Shown piece by piece: positions 54,394 through 64,000 of a stretch of 64,000 nucleotides of DNA. How positions within the stretch are numbered: position 1 is the first letter of the stretch; each line of letters opens with the position of its first letter. The DNA lies in assembly GCA_000165425.1 (NCBI GenBank), contig CT868052.1:248001-312000 (forward strand). Reading direction: 5' to 3'. Origin of the DNA: Paramecium tetraurelia (taxonomy: Eukaryota). Under the pieces are notes generated by a model, which made no database searches, was not told the DNA's origin, and saw only the letters and a program-made list of their open reading frames with translations. The translations under genes were made by a program, and so were the position numbers.

Positions 54394-55706
54394 ATGTATA
54401 GAATTGTTTTAGCATTAAAGTGTTTACTCTGGTTTCTAGGAAAATGGGAAGTGGATTTGACTTGGCTGCCTTACTTCTCAAATCCATATACCTAATATAG
54501 TAACATTAGGGAAGCAAAATATCTCTTGGCAAATAACTACAATCCATATAATACAGATGGGATATTTTAAAAGCCCTTAGTTGTTTATGGATTAATTTAT
54601 ATTGACAATGATCACATATTTCTGATAGTCGATATTTTGATAAGCTTTTTGATTGTGCAATTATTTGGGGCAAAGTAAGGATATAGGAAATCTATTTTGC
54701 TATTTTACCATTTGAATCCGATTACTGTAAAAATAATTGATATTGTAGTTTGCAAACATTATATTAAAGAATACAAACGCATTCGATCACTTATTTTTGC
54801 TGTTGACTATATACTCAGCACTAAAAATTAGACTTCTTTCCCCAATATTATTTGGATTTTTACTATATTTAAATCCATAATATTTTATTGTGTTAGCTGC
54901 AATTTCAGTAATCTTCAGAAGAGAATCCTCTACCACATCAAAATTTGCACTTACTTTGATAGCATTTCTATTAGTGAGTGTTCTGACTATTGGTTGTTTA
55001 TTATATGCCTCATAGCAAATAACTGGAGATTGGAAATTTGTTCAAAAAACCTATATCGATTATTACTTCCCTAAAGATCATAGACCAACAATAGGATTTT
55101 TATGGGCATTATTTTCAGGAGTAAATTTAATAACATATTTTAGTTATTTTCAAAGTATAAGTCTTTATATCATGCTTTTTTTATGTTGTTACCATCTTGC
55201 TATATTCTACCTTTGTATAATTTATTTGTGAAATATGCTAAAAGAGAGAAAGAGTATCTTGGATTTATGATTGGAGTTTCTTTGTTTGTAAATATTGATA
55301 CTTAGCATTTTAGTGCAGTTTCTTGTACTTTCAATATATTGCCATATCAGATTTGATCATAATCTTTATACTTCTATTCTAAAGATATGACTGGCTATTC
55401 AATTCATTGCCAACAATAGTTATTGTTCATGCCGGATGCTTAATATTATTCTTAGGAGGTGGCTTATAACTAACTTGGACTCATTCTTTTACAGGAAATC
55501 CAAATTTCACATTCTTTTAGGTTTTTGTGTCATATGTGTTTTATGTGATTTTGGTATCTGAAGGAGTGAGAGAAATGTTGAAGTTCAGAACAATATAAAA
55601 GAAAGAAGAGAAGGAGAAAATGAAATAAGATGAAGAGGAGGAAAAATTAGAGAGAGAGGAGAAAGAGGATGATTAAATTGGTAAAACTAAAGTGAAAGGA
55701 GATTGA
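54394..55706 (+). CDS. PIGU: GPI transamidase subunit PIG-U (Gab1/Cdc91)
   Basis: SNPYTQYSNIREAKYLLANNYNPYNTDGIFQKPL, PTIGFLW, TGNPNFTFF; many TMs; C-terminal KVKGD fits a KxKxx ER-retrieval signal. Confidence 0.8.
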
Positions 55707-55724
55707 ACGAAATAACAAGGTTGA

Positions 55725-56561
55725 TCATTATTGTTTTATTAATTTATAACATTCAAGACTGCATGCTTTCTATTACATTTTTGGAATACGATATCTAGCT
55801 AGATTAGAGCAAATTGAGCAATATTTATCATCTTCAACTATCATTTTCGATGGATGCGGTAAAGATGAGTTCATATTTTTTGGCATTATGATAAATGTGC
55901 CTTCACTATTTGATTTATATTTGATTATAATATCATCTGGAGGTAGAGATCTATATTTATGAGTATCCTCTGTTTTTTTGTCTTCTTATTATTATCTTTG
56001 CTTTTATTTTCTCCCTTACTCATTTAAGATTTTATCAACAGTCATTTACTTTTGCTCTTCTTATTGCTTTTGTAATTTCTCTTTTCTTTGTAGTTCTTTC
56101 TGGCTTTTGTAAATCATCTCTTCCTCTGTGAACGCCAACTCTTTTTTTGATTTAGTCTTCTTAGAAGGCAATTATAAGAACTCACTTCCCTCCAAACTAG
56201 CCAAACTATACATATGCATTTGTCTTTTAGTAAATTTCCTTTCTTTTGAAGAGACAGACAAATTAACATCATTTTCAAGATCCATTTCTTCTTCAAACTC
56301 ATCATCAGGTGCATCATCATCCCCATTAGAGATTTCATCTTCTATTGATTCCTCCATCACAGGTGACTTCTATTTAGGAGGTCTACCACGCCCTCTTTTT
56401 TCCATAACAATAGATGCCTTCAACTTAATCTTGTTGCTTTCGAATAGATTATGATATCGATCTATCATCTCATCTGAAGGTCTTTCAGCTTCTAACTCAT
56501 TTAAGATATCATTATTAAAAACTATTTGCACCTTAAATTCTTTTGGCAGCCCGACTTTCAT
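55725..56561 (-). CDS. INO80 complex subunit B (Ies2)-like: AT-hook, PAPA-1, HIT-type zinc finger
   Basis: 837-nt intronless ORF; RGRGRPPK; TKRQ; EEEMIYK...EEQKQMTVDKIL; CSICSNLARYRIPKMQQKACSLECYK. Confidence 0.82.
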
Positions 56562-57116
56562 TTTATAATATATTAAATTATTTTAACATACATGAGTGTG
56601 ATTGTAATAAAATCTCTTGTTGCATATATTATTTGGTAATTTATAGCAAAATATTTGAGATTCAATTACAAGATAGAAATCTATTAATAATCACATTATT
56701 ATATTATATTTTGAGATTACTTTATAAATCGAAAATAATCACTCTCCCATAAGATATATAACAATTGTTTTAGATCCACTAAACTCAAAAAAAGAATTAT
56801 CAATCAAAATATAATTTATTTCCGCTATATAGGGTTAGATATATTAATTTAAATTTGTTTAATACATCAATAGTTACTATTCTCTATCTATGTAATTTTA
56901 ATATTCTATTTATATTCTATTTATCAATTCTTATGCCTATCTGGATCTAATAAATAGTAATCAATAAATCTGTATATTTTACATATTCTAACTCGCTTTT
57001 TGAAATTCTTCGTGCTATCATCAATCATAATTAATTGATTATTGAATATCTTAGCTTTAAAAAAATTATGTAAATAATAAAATATTTAATTCACATATAT
57101 ATTGAATAAAAAAATA

Positions 57117-58683
57117 TCATTAAAATGGTCCAACTCTTTATCCTTATAATTGCATCTAAGTGCTTCTTACATTAAACACACCTTCTATTATTGTTTGCTA
57201 CAAATCTCCAGTTACTTGCTTTTCACCTAAGTCAATGTTAAAATTCTTAACAAATAATGGATTAGGATTAGATAGCACATCATCGTTACATGATAAGCCA
57301 TCCAAGTATTATTTTAGTAATGATTATAGTTAATTGCTCTCATTCTGCAAGGCCTCCTTTTGTTTCTGAATAGCTAAGATATCCAACAAAACCTTAAATT
57401 AAATGTCATCTATCTACCTTATTGTATCTCTTATAGAAATTATTTAGATAAGCAAATTCTTCATATTATTCCTTTTCTATGGCTTCAAAGTCATTTTTTA
57501 AATTCTCTGGGATTTGATCCATATCAACAGTATCCTCATAAAATGGCATGACTTTCTCTCTTTCAGTTTCCAATCTCCTACAAAGTTCGGCTGTTTTTAG
57601 GATCTTTTCACCTAATTCTTTATATTCTGTTAATTTCAAAACAGCATTTCGACTATTATTTACTAATTCTTTCAATAATCTTTACTATTCCTCTCTAAAT
57701 TTATTCATTTTCAATTTTAAATCTTAGTAATTCTTGGCTATGTTTTCTTTTTCCTTTTTCAGAGCCTAATTCCTAGCATTACATTCTTTAGTATGTTATA
57801 AGATTTTATATTTGGTTAGATCAATCTTTGCTTTTTTGCTGGCAATAGATCTAACCAATCTCTCTATCTTTTTTGACATATCTTTATTGGCATCATAATA
57901 TTTAGTATGATCTTCTGTTTTCTTTGCAGTATCAGATTGATATTTTTAATGCATCTACTCTAAATCATTATAAAATTTAGTTTGTTTATCTTCTAATTAT
58001 TATTTCATCTAACTAGTGTCTTCTACATCCTTATTCTTAGTCTCCTCTCTATTAGTTTAATGTTAATTCTTAGCCAACTCTGCCTTTCTCTTCTCTTCCT
58101 CCTCGACTGTTTTAATCATGTCTTCCAACTCTTTAACTTGCTATTTATGAGTCTTAGTCATATCATCAAATTCAATTTAAAATTCCTCTTGAAGTATTTT
58201 GATATCTCTTTCAAATTCCTCCGACAATGCTCTATTCCTGCTTTCCTGTAATAAATGGAAGTTCTCCAAATGAATAAGGTGGTTCCTTAAAGCAATTTGA
58301 AATTGATCTTCTGCTTCATCTAGATTCTTATCAAGCATTTGAATGAAAGCTTCTTTTGAATCTAATTCTCTTTTATTGTTTTAGGAGTATAATTCAATAT
58401 CTTGTTTCAATTGTTCTGTTTTGACAGCTCTCATTGTCCTTCTCCAATAAGCCATTAGTTTCTTTGTATTGAAATTAACAATCTTTTGCTCCTCTCTAAT
58501 TTTACTTCGCAGTTACTCTTTTTTAAACTATATATATATGCTAGGGTATACTTGGGCCTACTTTTGGCTCTCCTCAAATTCCTGTTAAGACCGAGTTATC
58601 TGTCTTATTTTGATATTTCTCTTCTACTCAGTTCCTCCAGGCTTGGTTGTTCGTCCTTTTAATGTTTTACCCAATAATGCCAT
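57117..58683 (-). CDS. DRC2: Dynein regulatory complex subunit 2 (CCDC65)
   Basis: YWRRTMRAVKTEQLKQDIELYSQ...LDEAEDQFQIALRNHL; KILKTAELCRRLETEREKVMPF; FYKRYNKVLLD...LKQYLDG. Confidence 0.88.
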
Positions 58684-58727
58684 TTTATAAAAATAATAAG
58701 AAAAAAATAGTTTAACATAATAGCAAT

Positions 58728-60355
<1,628 letters not shown>

Positions 60356-60410
60356 TTTTTATATGTTTAATATTATTGAGTTTCCCCCCCATAATATATA
60401 TTTAAATTAA

Positions 60411-63400
60411 ATGAATTTTCATTTCCCTGGCACCTACTCAGAATTGCACGAACACCATTTCTCTGACAGGTACAGAGTAAGATCCAAAAATTAAGTGAAC
60501 CATATGGATGAAAGACTCATTTTGATGCGCATCAATTAATTCGAAGATGGCTTCAATCAACTCGCAACATTGATCGAAGACCCTCAATATTTTGATTTCC
60601 TCTACTATTTGGTCGAGTAATCATATGAACTAACTCTAGACATCTCGATGCACATCCCAATCAAAAAGTATAATTGCAATTGGTTGAAATCCTGTCCTTT
60701 CAAATTCAAAAGTTATACCCCAACCACCCATAAGCATTTAAAATGACTCTCTTCTTATTACTCAATGTATTGCAATAGAAGCAAATCTAAGGCCAATAGC
60801 TCAGAAGAGCATTAAAGATGATCTAATAATTGTTTAATGCAAACGCTTTCCAAGACCTAGGCAGAGAAGGCAGCAGATACATATTCGATCTAGTTAAAAT
60901 GGCAATCGAAATCAAGGATGCATAAATACGGGAAGTTTGGATTGACATCTTGGTTTAAGCAATTGCTCTGTGGCAATCCTATGATATGAACCTCAAAAAC
61001 AGGATTGTGCATTTGATGTACGAATAGGAGAGTGTTGTACCCAACATCTCCAAATTTCTCCTAGGATGCAGCAAGAATGATAAGTTGAAGCAGTACACTG
61101 TCGATCAAATTATTCTACTTGTCAATTACATTACTGAAAAATCTACTAATCAAACTGAGAGTCTGGCTGTTAAAAATCTCAAAGAACTCCTGTCTTAAAC
61201 ATCAAAGGAAATGCCTAAGGTTTATTATCAATAACTATCAGCTTTCATTGGCCTATATGACAATGAGAATTATCACATTAGAAATGGTTTATCTGAACTG
61301 ATAACAAATGTGATTGAATATCTCATCAAGGAATCCAAAGAACAAGATAGTGATGAATTGTAATTGTCAAATGCCAATAACTTAATTAAATAACTTGTAG
61401 ATAGACACATGGATAAAACTGCTTTATGTAGATCAAATGTACTCTAATGTTTGTCCCAACTATTGAATTCTAACTGTGTGCCAAAACAACATCTACAAAC
61501 CATATTTGCAATCTCTTCCTCTAGGTTGAGAGATATCTCTGGCTATGTGAGGAAGTCCTCCTTGCAATTGTTGAAATCTATAGTGCGTTATTATAGATTC
61601 TTGTATGTTCAGAGTTAGGGAAGATAAAATTTCTGGTCTTAAGTGGAAGTAGAAGAACAAATAAGTAAAAATAGAGAAGAGTTACAAAATATTCATAAGG
61701 ATTTCGAAGTAGTGGATAAAAAGTTTTAAAATGGAGAAATCACTTAAGAAGTTGTCAATGAAACCATTAAATTTATTAAAAAGAAAGCATAGGAAACCAT
61801 TAAAATCTAAGAATATTTAGAAGAATATTAAAAGTTCTTGGAAGGGATGAAAACCGTAATCACACAAGTATTATAATTATGCCAAAGTAAAAATTAAGCA
61901 GATGTCATTCATTCTATAAAACTCTTTTCCTATTTGTAAAAATACAATTATGAGGTCGCTAATTAGGGATTGCGCAGAATGATCTTATTAGTGTGGTCAT
62001 AAGATAAATCTATATCCTAAGAAGTAATTAAAAAGTTTTGGAAATTATTTTTAAGAGATACTAAAAAGACAAGACAAATTGTTCTTTCATTAATTGATCT
62101 AATTAGTAAATCTAATTTGAAGGAGTTGATTTCTTTGGAAAAAATTATGCTATCTTATGAAACTGAATAGGTGACTAATTATAAATTTCCATCCAAGATT
62201 TTCCATGTTCTTTGGGAATACTTTGGTAGTCAAGAAGTTGATCAACGTTCAATGTTGATTTTTGTTAGAATATTATTGACTAGAAATTCTTCATATCTTA
62301 ATCTAGAGAAGGTAGCATAAATTTATAATCTATTGCAAAAGTACAACAAGAAAGATCCTGATTGGATCATTATTAAAGAACTTGCCACCATTTTATCGAA
62401 ATTGGATAGAACTCAAAATAAGAATCAAATAAACTTCAATAAGTCTATTGATTTATTAATAATATTACTCATTAAATACTAGAATTCATAAGATATGAAT
62501 TATTTTAGTGCTTGTGATTCAATTATACAATTGGTTCCAAATGCAGACAACCCTGAATTAATTTTTGAAACTCTGTTATAGGATTTAGGATTTAAATCAA
62601 ATAGAATGGATTTAGAAGTGGAAGAACAAAAAAAAATGGAAGAATTACATTTAGCACATGCAATCCACATAGCAGGTTCAGTGTCATTACAATTACTCAT
62701 ATTTATTGATGCAACACATAATTCGTTAAAGAATCTTAAGAATGAGAGGGAGAAACAAATAGGAAAAGAATAAGAAATAGATAAAATTTAAGGAGGTATA
62801 GAAGGTGAATTTGAAAAATTACACGGCATAGTTGATCAAATTCAAGATTTAAAACTAATCTAATAGAATTTACTCTCAGTTTTTTCTCCAATGGTAAAAT
62901 AAATATTAGAAGAGTGTCTAAATTAAATGGAGACTGAAGAGGCCTCAACACGACAATAACCTCCAATAGTGCAAGTGAGTTTAATCACAATGTGTAAATT
63001 TATGTGTTTGTCTGAAACCTACTGCAGAGATAACATACAGATGTTGTTCAATATCATGAAGTAAGACAATAGTTATATTTAGATCTCCTCTGATTGATTA
63101 GGTTATGAAGAACAATGTGATTATTAGTATTGGTGATTTACTTCATAGATGGCCTAATACAATTCAAAAGTTCCACAAATAAATTTATTCAAATTTGTCA
63201 GATACTAGTGCTGCAGTTCGAAGGGTAACACTACTTGTTTTGACCCATTTGATATTAAACGATATGGTGAAGAGTAAAACTTCCTTGTCTCATATTCCTA
63301 TTTTATTGAACGATCCTCATCCTTAAATACCTGCTATGGCAAGATACTTTTTGAATGAGTTATAAAAAAAGGAATAAAGAGCCATAACCAATGCGATTCC

Positions 63401-64000
63401 AGATATCATTTCAAATGTCCAAGATTAAAATGAGAATGTTCTATCGCAAATCTCCTAATACATTGATAAATCACAAATTGAGTCTATTGTTGATAAACTA
63501 ATCACTATCTTGGGAACTAGCACAAGTAATGAATCAATTCGATGAATATTTAGATTAATACGAGATTAAGAATATATCCATACTGTTTAATCACATCAAT
63601 TTGAGTTAGAATTCTCTTTAGAAACTATTGGATGGTTGGGAAGAATACAGGGAAAAATTAAGAGATCAATTCGTGTTCAATTAATTTATCACTTTAATTA
63701 AGAAGGTAGTATTTGTTATATCTATAATTTAGTTGAAAAGGACTTTGCCTTAAGATGCCAAGCCTTTGATTGAGGAGTACGAAATGAAGGTGGAGCATCA
63801 TGATAAGGAAACATTTGAAAATAGGAGAAGAGAAAAAACAACCAAGAAAAAGAATGTTAAATAAACATAACATGAAAATAATAATGATAAGGAATAAAAA
63901 GAAAATAAAGGTGGAAATAAACAACAATAACAACAACAACAATAATAATAGTAATAGAAAAAGAAGCCAAAGAAGAAGAGAGAGGACGATTTCATGGAGC
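60411..64000 (+). CDS. Condensin I HEAT subunit CAP-D2/Cnd1/Ycs4 (runs past the window end)
   Basis: DNENYHIRNG, RHMDKTALCRSNVLQ, RLRDISGYVRKSSLQL, MCKFMCLS, NNVIISIGDL, VRRVTLLVLTHLILNDMVK. Confidence 0.92.
63922..63957 (+). repeat. Poly-Gln tract (12 codons) encoded by mixed CAA/TAA/TAG
   Basis: CAA CAA TAA CAA CAA CAA CAA TAA TAA TAG TAA TAG in the CAP-D2 frame. Confidence 0.9.

Overview
This window is gene-dense, AT-rich eukaryotic DNA that reads as a ciliate macronuclear chromosome segment, most likely Paramecium. The evidence is that TAA/TAG occur in frame at conserved positions of obvious proteins (read as Gln), TGA is the only stop, and introns are tiny (about 20-31 nt, GT...AG). The supplied standard-code ORF track is therefore mostly fragments or antisense noise, so I re-translated by hand with code 6. 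About 37 protein-coding genes are supported. They include a calcineurin-B-like EF-hand protein, a membrane protein with two PX domains, an FHA-SMAP protein, RPL32, a UBC-like protein, an NDR kinase, FOP/CEP43, a PX-pseudokinase-LRR protein, mTERF, a large PAS membrane protein, a CAMK-type kinase, an ABHD hydrolase, CDC26, an HTH protein, PX-WD40, mitochondrial bL25, two Kelch proteins, a DUSP, a CDPK, Yos1, a vWA protein, eIF3m, PP2C, PIG-U, INO80B/Ies2, DRC2, an SNF1/AMPK-like kinase and condensin CAP-D2 (cut by the window end). There is one 150-N gap. I found no tRNA, rRNA, CRISPR array or intact mobile element, and no clear new multi-gene system. The best leads are two frameshifted genes (one at AAA-TGA), a tail-to-tail CDS overlap, head-to-head genes only 11-17 nt apart, an excess of TAA-TGA gene ends, apparently inactive kinase/GTPase/UBC folds, and a C-free, telomere-like stretch next to the gap. 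Coordinates span first to last codon including introns. All product calls come from motif recognition by eye, without database searches.
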